The position numbers and the translations under genes were made by a program. From sequence record PQ287642.1: a stretch of 64,000 bases of DNA; one strand, given 5' to 3'. The notes beneath the pieces are model-generated. The model had not been told where the DNA came from. It ran no database searches and saw only the letters and a program-made list of their open reading frames with translations. Shown piece by piece: positions 20,294 to 29,268 of this stretch (within the stretch, counting starts at the first letter, position 1; every line of letters starts with the position of its first letter).

Positions 20294-20938
20294 TTATACC
20301 CGAGGCAGAATAACCTTATCTGCCTGTTTCATGTATTTACCACCACGATCTGCATAGGAAGTTTCACAATCTTGATCGAGATCATGGAACACCAGTTGCA
20401 AAACACCTTCATGTGCATAGAACACGTTAGGGCGATTAGTAGTGTTCTGGAACTCGAACGTGATATGTCCTTCCCAACCTGGTTCGATCGGAGTACACAG
20501 ACAGTTCCAACCAGCTCGCGCGATGGTAGATTTACCAATACACATTGCGATTACATTCCGAGGCATTCGAACATACTCTTTCGAATGAGTCAGAAGGAAA
20601 CCACCTGGGGGAACTACAACTTTATCACCGTAGACTGTATCAAACAGATCAGCGCTGATGTTCTTGTAATCCAGTACAGGGTGTTCAAGTTCTTTACCTG
20701 TTACCCAGGCTTTGAAACGTTGCCAAAGAGTGAACTTAGGTAGAGGCTTGAATACTTTAAACTCAGTACCAGCTCGAAGATCATAACCCCCAGAGGACAG
20801 ACCATAGGAAGCGATACGCTTTCCATGACTATCTTCTTTCACTGACGAACCGTGAAATGGTTCTATCATTGGACCATGTGCACCGACCATTGTGCCTTCG
20901 CAGTATTCACGAATTGTTTTATCAGAGAGAACTGTCAT
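20294..20938 (-). CDS. dcd: dCTP deaminase
   Basis: VLSDKTI, SYGLSSGGYDLR, GKSTIAR, TPIEPGWEGHITFE, YADRGGKYMKQ. Confidence 0.95.
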   Translation of the reverse strand: MTVLSDKTIREYCEGTMVGAHGPMIEPFHGSSVKEDSHGKRIASYGLSSGGYDLRAGTEFKVFKPLPKFTLWQRFKAWVTGKELEHPVLDYKNISADLFDTVYGDKVVVPPGGFLLTHSKEYVRMPRNVIAMCIGKSTIARAGWNCLCTPIEPGWEGHITFEFQNTTNRPNVFYAHEGVLQLVFHDLDQDCETSYADRGGKYMKQADKVILPRV

Positions 20939-20986
20939 TTTTTAATTTACCTGTTGGAGACGTACACTATTAACATGGTCAGTAAA

Positions 20987-21565
20987 TCAACGCTCTACCA
21001 GAGTCTCTTCGTCTGATTTATCGGTCAGAGTTGCGACATATTGCTTCAGAGCAGCTGCACGATCTTGCTCTTGTTTACGCAGGTCATACGGACCATTCTC
21101 TTTTACCATGTATTCACGGAACTGCATGACGCCTTGAATATAACCTTCCGGGAGAACAGTAGTCAGACTATTGGCAGTTACTTTACGGGTGCGAATAGCC
21201 TTACCAGTTTCAAGAACATGGTGGATACGGATGAGCTGACGGTTGGTGTCAATACGCTCCGATACACACGGGAAGTAAACGGGATCATCGCCCTGCTTAC
21301 TATTGCCCATGTCCACTTCAGCGTATAATGTCTTACCATGATTAGCTTCAAAGAAAGCTCGTGCTTCCCTAATACGTTTCGTGCGAATAATCTCCGCTTC
21401 TCTAACCGCTTTTTGATGTGCTGGTTGCAGGAAAGGATTCATCTTTCGAACATGTCGTCGAATCAGTTTGGTGCTATAACGCGGCGAGGTATCGGCCATA
21501 GCAACAAGATTGTTGTATGCTTCGATGGACATGATAATTTGTTGCGGATCATTATTGCGCTGCAT
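20987..21565 (-). CDS. Hypothetical protein, paralog of 22752..23228
   Basis: Probable start MQRNN (GGAG RBS); start uncertain. Confidence 0.7.
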   Translation of the reverse strand: MQRNNDPQQIIMSIEAYNNLVAMADTSPRYSTKLIRRHVRKMNPFLQPAHQKAVREAEIIRTKRIREARAFFEANHGKTLYAEVDMGNSKQGDDPVYFPCVSERIDTNRQLIRIHHVLETGKAIRTRKVTANSLTTVLPEGYIQGVMQFREYMVKENGPYDLRKQEQDRAAALKQYVATLTDKSDEETLVER

Positions 21566-21720
21566 GGGAATCTCCGTTAGTGGTAAAGTAATGTTTCTTG
21601 AGGTGATCCGGATTAAACTCTGCTTTACGGAATTCATATTTCTCAGCGAGTTCAATGATTGGATTTTCATCTCCTTTCATTGACAGTTTGAGTTTCCGAC
21701 GAACCCAATCCTCAGATGCT

Positions 21721-22182
21721 TTAATTGTCACGGCTTTTCTCCAATTGATAGGTGGGAGCTCTTTTTCCGAAGATAACGTTTCTACAAGAGAAGCATCCAC
21801 AAACAGTGCTCTTCGGTTCCGACCCATCGAGCGAAATAGCTTGTTGCAGCAAACATTCATACATACCCTCTACATCGTTACCTAGTAAGATTTCTTCAAT
21901 TATAGTCAATTCAATATTAGCCAAAATCATCTGTTCATCCAATGGACGTTGATGAACATGATGCCATTGAACTGACGCATTAGCTGAATCCAGTGTACCT
22001 TTGATTTTTTCCAGTTTGTATGTTTCCCCTGTGTTCCGTTTGAGTTCGGCAAACAACTCAAACGGATCAATAGGGGAATTCTTGAATATGACGCCTTTTA
22101 TTTGTTTATTCAAAATCAAGTATCCTCGGGTCTTGTGGATGATGGATAGCTGTCCAGTCAATCGGCTCGTATGGATAATCAA
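21721..22182 (-). CDS. Hypothetical protein; start uncertain, competes with the 21552..21860 frame
   Basis: Fills the gap between neighbours; overlapping frames. Confidence 0.45.
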   Translation of the reverse strand: MIIHTSRLTGQLSIIHKTRGYLILNKQIKGVIFKNSPIDPFELFAELKRNTGETYKLEKIKGTLDSANASVQWHHVHQRPLDEQMILANIELTIIEEILLGNDVEGMYECLLQQAISLDGSEPKSTVCGCFSCRNVIFGKRAPTYQLEKSRDN

Positions 22183-22744
22183 GCTCGTATTTATCTAGGA
22201 ACTTGATGACCCATTTTAAGTCATCATCGTAGTACAGGTTCTTACGGATAGGAACACCAGCATTAACACTTAAGCGAACTGCTGTGTTAGTACCGCCGTC
22301 TACCACTTCATTCTCACGCTTCCCCTTAGGGACGGCATAATAGAAGATACCAGTGACCAACTCATCGAGAGTATGACCATGGATCTGGAAGACGTTCCGA
22401 GTATGGAGAGCTTTACCGTAATCGTTCAACCCACCAAAACTACCACGAGCACAAGCAGCCATACTTTCAGCTGTAGCCCATGTATCGGTAAACTGGGATG
22501 CATCCATAAAGAAAGCATTATCACGAATACGATAGAAGCTTCTACCTGTACCACTAGCGAGATATATCCTAGCACCTACCTCACCATACTTACGCGACTG
22601 CTTTGCACCATACCAACCAGCCCGATCAGAATCATAGGCGTCGCCAGAGCTAATAGCCCAACCGTAGTCCGTGAGTGTACGACCAAGACGGATCATTACT
22701 TCAAGGATCCATTCGGGTACGTTACGAGAACCTACGATTGCCAT
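22106..22744 (-). CDS. DprA/Smf-like SLOG nucleotide-binding protein
   Basis: AIVGSR, ISSG.A...D, RNVFQIHG, GGTNTAVR motifs. Confidence 0.75.
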   Translation of the reverse strand: MAIVGSRNVPEWILEVMIRLGRTLTDYGWAISSGDAYDSDRAGWYGAKQSRKYGEVGARIYLASGTGRSFYRIRDNAFFMDASQFTDTWATAESMAACARGSFGGLNDYGKALHTRNVFQIHGHTLDELVTGIFYYAVPKGKRENEVVDGGTNTAVRLSVNAGVPIRKNLYYDDDLKWVIKFLDKYELDYPYEPIDWTAIHHPQDPRILDFE

Positions 22745-22751
22745 GTATCCC

Positions 22752-23228
22752 CTAGCCACGATAGCGACTCTTCGATGAATCCCATTGAAGCTGGGCAAGT
22801 TCCATCGGTGTCCATGTGCCTGCCGGTTTGGTGATAGTCAATTGGTTCAGATCAACCAATTGCTCGCGGCCATTGAAACCATGTTCTTTGACACGGATCT
22901 TAACTCGGTTAGGAAGATAGACAGCAAGTACCTTAACCGGGATAACGACGAACTCGTCATAACGCATGTAAACAGTAGTGCCGCCATGAGCACCAACGAA
23001 CTGCTTGACCTGTTGTTTCAGGTTAGCATAGTTACGACGAGCCTCTTGAGTATCTTGCATGTGTTTATCACGCAACCAAGTGTTGCGCTTACGTGCATGC
23101 TTGTGCAGAGAGTTTGCTTTCTCAGGACAACCAGCTTCTTCACAGCCGATCCTCGCATACGCCATCAGTTCTTCGAATGCATTCGTACTAAGTACAATAA
23201 TGGATTCGTCTTTGTTCTTGTCAGTCAT
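22752..23228 (-). CDS. Hypothetical protein, paralog of 20987..21565
   Basis: Start MTDKNK with GAGG RBS. Confidence 0.7.
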   Translation of the reverse strand: MTDKNKDESIIVLSTNAFEELMAYARIGCEEAGCPEKANSLHKHARKRNTWLRDKHMQDTQEARRNYANLKQQVKQFVGAHGGTTVYMRYDEFVVIPVKVLAVYLPNRVKIRVKEHGFNGREQLVDLNQLTITKPAGTWTPMELAQLQWDSSKSRYRG

Positions 23229-23229
23229 T

Positions 23230-23967
23230 TCAATGCCTCGGGATTTTGTAGTAATCTGGGCCAGCCATGTTAAAGACATAATGGTTGTGATCTTTATCCA
23301 TCGGACCTGGGTATCTATCCACTGGAAACTTATGTGGAATCAGTGCTCTGCGAGCTGTAGCAAATACAGTTTCCTTATGTCGAATTTTGTAATCGCTAAG
23401 AACACGAGTCATGGTTACACACGGCTTACATTTGCCACAATGTTTTTCATTAGTAGGTGTCTCACATATCCAAATGTCGTTCAGTACTCTCTTATCTAGA
23501 TCACGAAGAATATCGACCTTCGTCATGCCGAGTAAAGGGAACTCAATTGGAATAGGATCATTAACGCAAGATACCTTTTGTAGATTGTACCAAGCGTCTT
23601 CGATGTACCGTAGATGTGATCCGAAGTAGGCACCAACATCACTGACATACCCTATCATCAACTTGCTATGTCGAGCCGAATCAGCTATAGCCAGCGCCCC
23701 AAATAACCACGGTGCAACCTGTGACCATTTGGTATTATCACCTTGTAACTGGGTACTTTTCAGACGTTCATATTGCGCTTGTACTTTGTAAGGGTAGAAC
23801 TCAGAAAACTTTTCAAGGATTACTTGTCGTTGCCTGAGTTCTAACTTCATCTTTTCTTCGTCTTGACCAGCATTGATGTACATGACATCCGCTGAACCTT
23901 TCTGAAGATACTGCTGGAGCATGTAAGTGGAATCTAAACCACCCGAGAATAATATCAATGGGTTCAT
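23230..23967 (-). CDS. queC: QueC-family PP-loop ATPase
   Basis: ILFSGGLDST PP-loop, FPLLGMTK and C-x8-C-x2-C-x2-C zinc motif (CETPTNEKHCGKCKPC). Confidence 0.8.
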   Translation of the reverse strand: MNPLILFSGGLDSTYMLQQYLQKGSADVMYINAGQDEEKMKLELRQRQVILEKFSEFYPYKVQAQYERLKSTQLQGDNTKWSQVAPWLFGALAIADSARHSKLMIGYVSDVGAYFGSHLRYIEDAWYNLQKVSCVNDPIPIEFPLLGMTKVDILRDLDKRVLNDIWICETPTNEKHCGKCKPCVTMTRVLSDYKIRHKETVFATARRALIPHKFPVDRYPGPMDKDHNHYVFNMAGPDYYKIPRH

Positions 23968-23992
23968 TGTTATTTCCAAAAAGAAATAAAAA

Positions 23993-24010
23993 GGGGAGCC
24001 GAAGCTCCCC
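23993..24010 (-). terminator. Intrinsic terminator
   Basis: GGGGAGC-TTCG-GCTCCCC followed by TTTTTATTTC. Confidence 0.85.
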
Positions 24011-24017
24011 ATTTCAG

Positions 24018-24179
24018 TTACAGCTTGTCCACTTCTTTCCTAACCAGATCACGGGCTTGTGCTCGTTCGATCCGATGGCATTTCATTTTAGCCCATTTGC
24101 AGGAAGTGAAATAGCGCATTGGACGACGGCTCCAGAACTCTTTGGACCACTGGTGTTTGGAATGATTGCTACGCGACAT
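24018..24179 (-). CDS. 53-aa basic microprotein missed by the ORF track (MSRSNHSKHQWSKEFWSRRP...)
   Basis: Strong AAGGAGG RBS; stop immediately before the terminator. Confidence 0.7.
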   Translation of the reverse strand: MSRSNHSKHQWSKEFWSRRPMRYFTSCKWAKMKCHRIERAQARDLVRKEVDKL

Positions 24180-24250
24180 GAGAGTGCCTCCTTTGGCTCT
24201 ACGTTAATAAAGCCAGGAAACACTTGGTTGTAGATAGGCATGTTAAGACC

Positions 24251-24673
24251 TCACTGCTTTTTAATTACGATCGATTGAATGCAGCGAGATTCATCAAAGA
24301 AATTCCCGCTCCAGTTCATACGGTATTCGAATCCGTCTGGCAGCTGATCAATATGCAAGAACTTAGGTGCCCCAGCAGAAACGATTTTAGCCGCTTTTGA
24401 AATAGCGAAACCATAACCCTGTCCAGCTGGATTAATAGCTTCCAGGAAAAGGAAGTCACCACCACGCTTGAATTCAATTGTGAGTTCATCACCCATTTCA
24501 TTCAATACGGGGCTATCAGTGTGAATGATTGACCAGCGATCGTTACGTTCTTCCAGATGGACAAACATGTCACCTTTACCACGACCAATGTTTTTGAGCT
24601 CTACATCTTTAAGCTCAATACCCAAGCCATTGAGGGTGACAGTAACGAGTTGACGTTGTTTCTTTTTCGACAT
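24251..24673 (-). CDS. Hypothetical protein with possible internal duplication
   Basis: MFVHLEERND versus KFLHIDQLPD halves; TAATG coupling. Confidence 0.7.
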   Translation of the reverse strand: MSKKKQRQLVTVTLNGLGIELKDVELKNIGRGKGDMFVHLEERNDRWSIIHTDSPVLNEMGDELTIEFKRGGDFLFLEAINPAGQGYGFAISKAAKIVSAGAPKFLHIDQLPDGFEYRMNWSGNFFDESRCIQSIVIKKQ

Positions 24674-24987
24674 TAGTAGCCCCTTCTAGTGCGGAACGGA
24701 AGTGTTCCTTCAATGTAGCGACGTTGGTACGAACTGCCTCTAATTGTAATTCCGTTTTCCCTCTGTACAGACAAATGGAAAGGTCGATGTCTGTATGTAG
24801 TACGCTTAGCAATGTATTTACGAACCCAAGGAGCCTCTCTCTTTGACTGGCATCTAAGTCGAGTTCTAAGGCTAGAGGTTTCATAGAGTAGATCACGCAG
24901 TACTCCTACGATTGCATCATGCAATTCAACGGTTTTCTTATTAGAAGACTTTACGATTTCTATAAGGTCGATAGTTTCAACGAGCAT
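24673..24987 (-). CDS. Hypothetical protein
   Basis: TAATG coupling at both ends. Confidence 0.55.
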   Translation of the reverse strand: MLVETIDLIEIVKSSNKKTVELHDAIVGVLRDLLYETSSLRTRLRCQSKREAPWVRKYIAKRTTYRHRPFHLSVQRENGITIRGSSYQRRYIEGTLPFRTRRGY

Positions 24988-25451
24988 TAGTACAAACCTT
25001 CCGAAAAAAGCTCATCGCATGTGCAATGTTCAGGGTAACGCAATTGGCCAGTTTTCTTCACGTGTTCCAGTGCATCACTTCGAGACCAGAAGACACCGTA
25101 TTGATCAATGAAGCCTTGCTCATAGTCATCGGCTGCATATGCCCTGAGTGCGTCCATACCGATAAGATCGATCTGCGCATTCATGGATACACAGTAATGG
25201 CGAGAACCCGTTACAATGTAGTCTTTGTAACGGTTAGCTGCACAGACGATGTAACGAGTCTTGTTGTACTTATCCCAACGCCATCCAGTGAAACCATCTT
25301 CGTCGTTCTCAATCCAGCAGCGTTCACGGAGAGTTTCTTTATGCTTGCGTACAGCTGCTTTAATGATCTTTATTCGATGTTCGATAGGGACAGTACTTAC
25401 CGCTGCTTTCACTTGATCCCAAGCGTCTTCAAACGCTTCTGAATGTGCCAT
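24987..25451 (-). CDS. Conserved phage protein of unknown function
   Basis: IVCAANR..G.RH..EQGFIDQ.G.F..R..A..GQ..LFSE.LY pattern recalled from many phage hypotheticals. Confidence 0.7.
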   Translation of the reverse strand: MAHSEAFEDAWDQVKAAVSTVPIEHRIKIIKAAVRKHKETLRERCWIENDEDGFTGWRWDKYNKTRYIVCAANRYKDYIVTGSRHYCVSMNAQIDLIGMDALRAYAADDYEQGFIDQYGVFWSRSDALEHVKKTGQLRYPEHCTCDELFSEGLY

Positions 25452-25460
25452 TCTTTTACC

Positions 25461-26561
25461 TTAGAAACCAATACGGTTTGCTTTACGGGGAGAACTAGCT
25501 GCATCAGTGTTCAATGCTTCAGCCAGAGTGAAGTTATTACCAACGAAATCCACAGGCTCAAGACCGTTAGCAATACGAGCATCGTTCGCTTGTTCAGCCG
25601 TAAGGGTCTTAAAGGTGAGGATATCGAAAGCACGTCCAGGACGAACCAGAGCCTCGTCAACATCACGAAGAGTTGGGAGGTTAGTAGAGATGATGATCTT
25701 GGTTTTGGTAGACACAAGACCAGCAGTTGCATTCAGCAGACCTGCCATATTACTGTTACCATCCTCACGCTTGGCAACCATCTTATCAGAGTCTTCAGTA
25801 ATGATCAGCGAGTTATCCTCGACACCACGAATAAAGCTGGTGAGATCACCATGACTCAGTACGGAGTCTTGGTCAGCCAGATAGACGTTGCGATCTTCAT
25901 AACCACGAGCACGGACCATCTCGTTGATGAAGTTCGACTTACCAGTACCAGGCGGACCAATCAACAGAAGTACGTTGGCCTCAGATGCAGCAAACTCAGC
26001 CCAGGTTTCAGCCGGAGAACGATCCAGGAACGGATACATATCCATCAGCTTCTCGTTGTAATCACGAGTAGCGATTACTTCACTCCATGCATAGAGTTCG
26101 TCTTTCTGGCGATTCAACCGGATACGCTTGATGCTTGGCGGTTTGGTCTGATCGAATACCGATTCGAACATCTCTTTAAACTTGGTAGAGAAGTCTTCAG
26201 TAGAGTAGATAGAGAAACCATGGCAGGTCGCTTCCTCCATACCCTCGATAAGGAAACCGAGAATACCTTCGTCGTCCAACAACGCCCAACCACCACTGAT
26301 ACCAAATGCATGGAGATTGAACTTGGCGATGACTTTGTCCTTAATCTCCCGTATGCGTTCTTTGATGTACACTTCACGATCTACACCGAACGTGTAATAG
26401 ATGCGAAGTTTCTCACTGGCTGATTCCAGACCTTGTTCGTTAAGAGTGAAATGGTAAGCGCTGTAACGGTTACCTGCCTGGATTGCCTTCATGCACAGAT
26501 GAGTATAACGCTCAATCCAATATTGCTGGTTAGGATTAAGTTTAGGGCCACGATAAGACAT
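25461..26561 (-). CDS. AAA+ ATPase
   Basis: Walker A GPPGTGKS, Walker B IITED, SRH DEALVRPGR. Confidence 0.9.
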   Translation of the reverse strand: MSYRGPKLNPNQQYWIERYTHLCMKAIQAGNRYSAYHFTLNEQGLESASEKLRIYYTFGVDREVYIKERIREIKDKVIAKFNLHAFGISGGWALLDDEGILGFLIEGMEEATCHGFSIYSTEDFSTKFKEMFESVFDQTKPPSIKRIRLNRQKDELYAWSEVIATRDYNEKLMDMYPFLDRSPAETWAEFAASEANVLLLIGPPGTGKSNFINEMVRARGYEDRNVYLADQDSVLSHGDLTSFIRGVEDNSLIITEDSDKMVAKREDGNSNMAGLLNATAGLVSTKTKIIISTNLPTLRDVDEALVRPGRAFDILTFKTLTAEQANDARIANGLEPVDFVGNNFTLAEALNTDAASSPRKANRIGF

Positions 26562-26587
26562 TTGATTTTCCTTTTAATGAGAGATGG

Positions 26588-26615
26588 CATACAGCTCCCC
26601 GAAGGGAGCTGTATG
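26588..26615. terminator. Hairpin terminator
   Basis: CATACAGCTCCC-CGAA-GGGAGCTGTATG, perfect 12-bp stem. Confidence 0.8.
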
Positions 26616-26975
26616 TTAGTCAGGTTTCTTAGCGACTACTAGACGAGACCACTTTGTAGAGGAATTACCTTCACCTTCAACATTGAAGATTCGGTCCTGG
26701 CTATTAGGTGGCATGCGACCAGTAATACTACTGAGGTCTTTAATAATGAAACCAGCTTCACCCAGATCTTTAATAAGTTTGGTGATTACGTCGGAATCAG
26801 TAATGTGACCAAGGACGTGGAACTGAAAAGTACTAGTTCCATTGACCAGGCGATGACCAGCTTTAACTTTATCAGCATCTGCCATGTCGGCTTCTAATGC
26901 AGCTACGACTGCTGCGGAGTCAACATCATCAGCTTTGATAATATCGACAAGTTCATCAAATGTTGGGAATGCCAT
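26616..26975 (-). CDS. Hypothetical protein resembling the C-terminal domain of 27418..28200
   Basis: ADKVK and W-x-RL segments shared. Confidence 0.7.
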   Translation of the reverse strand: MAFPTFDELVDIIKADDVDSAAVVAALEADMADADKVKAGHRLVNGTSTFQFHVLGHITDSDVITKLIKDLGEAGFIIKDLSSITGRMPPNSQDRIFNVEGEGNSSTKWSRLVVAKKPD

Positions 26976-27004
26976 GTTACACCTTCTTTTGAATAGACAT
27001 ATCG

Positions 27005-27421
27005 TTAAGCTTCATTTTTGGAACGGCTATAATGTACAGTACGAAGCATACCGTAGACTCGACCATTAGCCATGTCTAATTTACCATTACAAAAACGATC
27101 TTTCTTGATTTCCCAGCCAATGCCCTGAAGAAACTTAGCCACAGCTGCACTACGTGATACGCCAGCCTCGCAGTGAACGATTAACGTTTCGCCATCCGGA
27201 ATCTTATCGATGAATGTAAGAATCTTATCAGCATGCACGTAATCGAACATATGATAGCGGTTATCGACGTAATCTTCGACATCATCGAAAACAAGAACCA
27301 ATACAGCTTTGTGTTCGCGTACAAATTTTACGTCTTGTTCGGGACAGCGAATAGAAATAATGTAGCTTTCGTCAGTCAATGCCTGTGCAGCTAACCGTGA
27401 ATAGAATTTTACTCTCCTCAT
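27005..27421 (-). CDS. Cys-based protein tyrosine/dual-specificity phosphatase
   Basis: P-loop LIVHCEAGVSRS (HC-x5-R) and upstream FDD acid loop. Confidence 0.85.
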   Translation of the reverse strand: MRRVKFYSRLAAQALTDESYIISIRCPEQDVKFVREHKAVLVLVFDDVEDYVDNRYHMFDYVHADKILTFIDKIPDGETLIVHCEAGVSRSAAVAKFLQGIGWEIKKDRFCNGKLDMANGRVYGMLRTVHYSRSKNEA

Positions 27422-28200
27422 ACAGCTACCTTTCGATGTAACATGAGACGAGTCCAAGAACCAGAGGCCATACCAGATACAGCAGTAGACGCACCAGTCC
27501 AACCTTGTTCTTTCAGAACGCTGTATAGTTCATTCAAGATATCAATATGGATAACTCCGTTGATACCGAATTCGTAAATCAACATATCTTTCTTTTGTCG
27601 AACTGCATGTTGGCCAGCACATTTAACCTTATCAGCATTCTGCCATTTGAAAGTACGCAGCAAGGTTAAGATATCTTGGACAGACAGAATATCGAATCCA
27701 TCAAAGAAATCTGGAGTCACACGAGCATTAAGCTGTTCTACAACGACGGAATCCATGGATTCCTTATCATGAACGATTATAGGTTTCTCTTCCGTCACAT
27801 GAACGGGTGGGAAAACATAACCGGCTTGAACATCTCCCTCTTTACTAACGGTGAAACCTAAACGGAGCGAATTATCATATTCGACCATACAGGGAGCTAG
27901 CTCTATGTCCCAATCACCAACCCAGGCTGGGTAATCCATATTGGCTGACTTAATAAGACTCTGATGTGTACGAGTCGTTACTAAACAGTATCCAAGGTTA
28001 ATGAAGAGACTAATATCATCTTTTACCGGGTTAAATAGAGTTGCTTTCCGATGGTCTCGGTCGAGCCTCGCTCCTGCCAGATCATCACAAAGATAGAAAT
28101 GTTGGCACTCTCCATCAACTCGTTGGTTGAACTGAATGAGATAAAATTTGTTATTGTCTAGTTCCTTAATAAGCTCATTTACTTTTTCAGCAATATTCAT
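27418..28200 (-). CDS. Two-domain hypothetical protein
   Basis: AAGGAG RBS; first gene after an early promoter. Confidence 0.75.
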   Translation of the reverse strand: MNIAEKVNELIKELDNNKFYLIQFNQRVDGECQHFYLCDDLAGARLDRDHRKATLFNPVKDDISLFINLGYCLVTTRTHQSLIKSANMDYPAWVGDWDIELAPCMVEYDNSLRLGFTVSKEGDVQAGYVFPPVHVTEEKPIIVHDKESMDSVVVEQLNARVTPDFFDGFDILSVQDILTLLRTFKWQNADKVKCAGQHAVRQKKDMLIYEFGINGVIHIDILNELYSVLKEQGWTGASTAVSGMASGSWTRLMLHRKVAV

Positions 28201-28236
28201 CGGTATTCTCCTTTCTTTGAAAAGATGTTCTCTTAG

Positions 28237-28261
28237 GTAATATAGATGTAAGATAATTTTT
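28237..28261 (-). promoter_or_regulatory. Early promoter (AAAAATTATCTTACATCTATATTAC)
   Basis: TATATTAC core plus A-tract at the strand-switch point. Confidence 0.7.
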
Positions 28262-28305
28262 ATTAGGCAATCCTATAGTTCTTCCTTAACAGCAAAGGTG
28301 CTAAT

Positions 28306-29256
28306 ATGTTTGAAGTGCTGTTATCATTGAGTCAAAAGAAGCAAGCTATAGAGTATCCATTTTCTGGACCAGGAAGTAAATTCCTAATAAAGGGTAATGA
28401 GACACTTGGGTATTTCGGTCTAGTCGATTCGAAAGATATTTATTTTCGTGAACGGTTTATCGAACAGGCAGATATAGCCGACTATACCAACTCTATTGTA
28501 GGTTCATTCGCTAATCAACAATGGGTTAAATATTTCTGGATGGGTAAGGTTTGTTTTGCACCTTTATCTATCTACATGACCAACGTCTCATGGAAGGTTC
28601 TTTACGACAAAGGCCTTGTATTTGGAGACAACACGATTGGTCAAAATATTCCAAGTGGATATAATACCGTTCAAGATAAGTTCTATCATTTTACTGACGA
28701 TGAAGGGAGCTGGCAGTTTAGAATCCGTATGGGTCATCTAACTGAGAACCCATTCACTCCAACTAATAATGAAGACCCAACAAGTGAACTTGGTCAGGTA
28801 TTTACACGAGTGACTAATGGGTCTTGGGACAATAGACCCACAAGTGTTATCGGTCTTGGTAACGGTACATGGACAAAGGCATTGAATACAGCCCAGCGCC
28901 CAATGTATCAGTTTTACAACACAAGTATCACGTCTGTAAATAATAATGCCCCAACGAATAATGGTATTTGGCGTCCGGTATTAGAGCTGATTCCTAAAGA
29001 TGAATATCACCTAGTACCAATAGAAACGACTATTAATGCTTACAGTAATTTAGCCGAAGCTAGTATTATAACTAATACAGAAATCAGCTCTGGTGGAATT
29101 CAACCTATTATTCAGCTTACTTCACTACCAACTCCTGTAAGTATTGCTTATATTAGCAATGCCCCACAAGATGAAACGCTTATCGACTTGAACAGTATAT
29201 CGCGAAAGATAGATAAAACAGCTGAAGTTAGAATTAATAGCTTTAGTTTCACATGA
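28306..29256 (+). CDS. Virion/tail paralog 1 (phiKZ tail-tip-like family)
   Basis: GPG..LIKG....GYFG.V, WVKY.W.GK, VSW..LY..GLV, WRPVLELI. Confidence 0.75.
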   Translation: MFEVLLSLSQKKQAIEYPFSGPGSKFLIKGNETLGYFGLVDSKDIYFRERFIEQADIADYTNSIVGSFANQQWVKYFWMGKVCFAPLSIYMTNVSWKVLYDKGLVFGDNTIGQNIPSGYNTVQDKFYHFTDDEGSWQFRIRMGHLTENPFTPTNNEDPTSELGQVFTRVTNGSWDNRPTSVIGLGNGTWTKALNTAQRPMYQFYNTSITSVNNNAPTNNGIWRPVLELIPKDEYHLVPIETTINAYSNLAEASIITNTEISSGGIQPIIQLTSLPTPVSIAYISNAPQDETLIDLNSISRKIDKTAEVRINSFSFT

Positions 29257-29268
29257 GGATGATTTAAC

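Noticed and set aside
23230-23967. 7-deazaguanine DNA modification cluster
   Set aside because: No dpdA, folE, queD or queE in the window; cannot be excluded genome-wide
25443-26423. 326-aa plus-strand ORF
   Set aside because: Antisense shadow of the AAA ATPase
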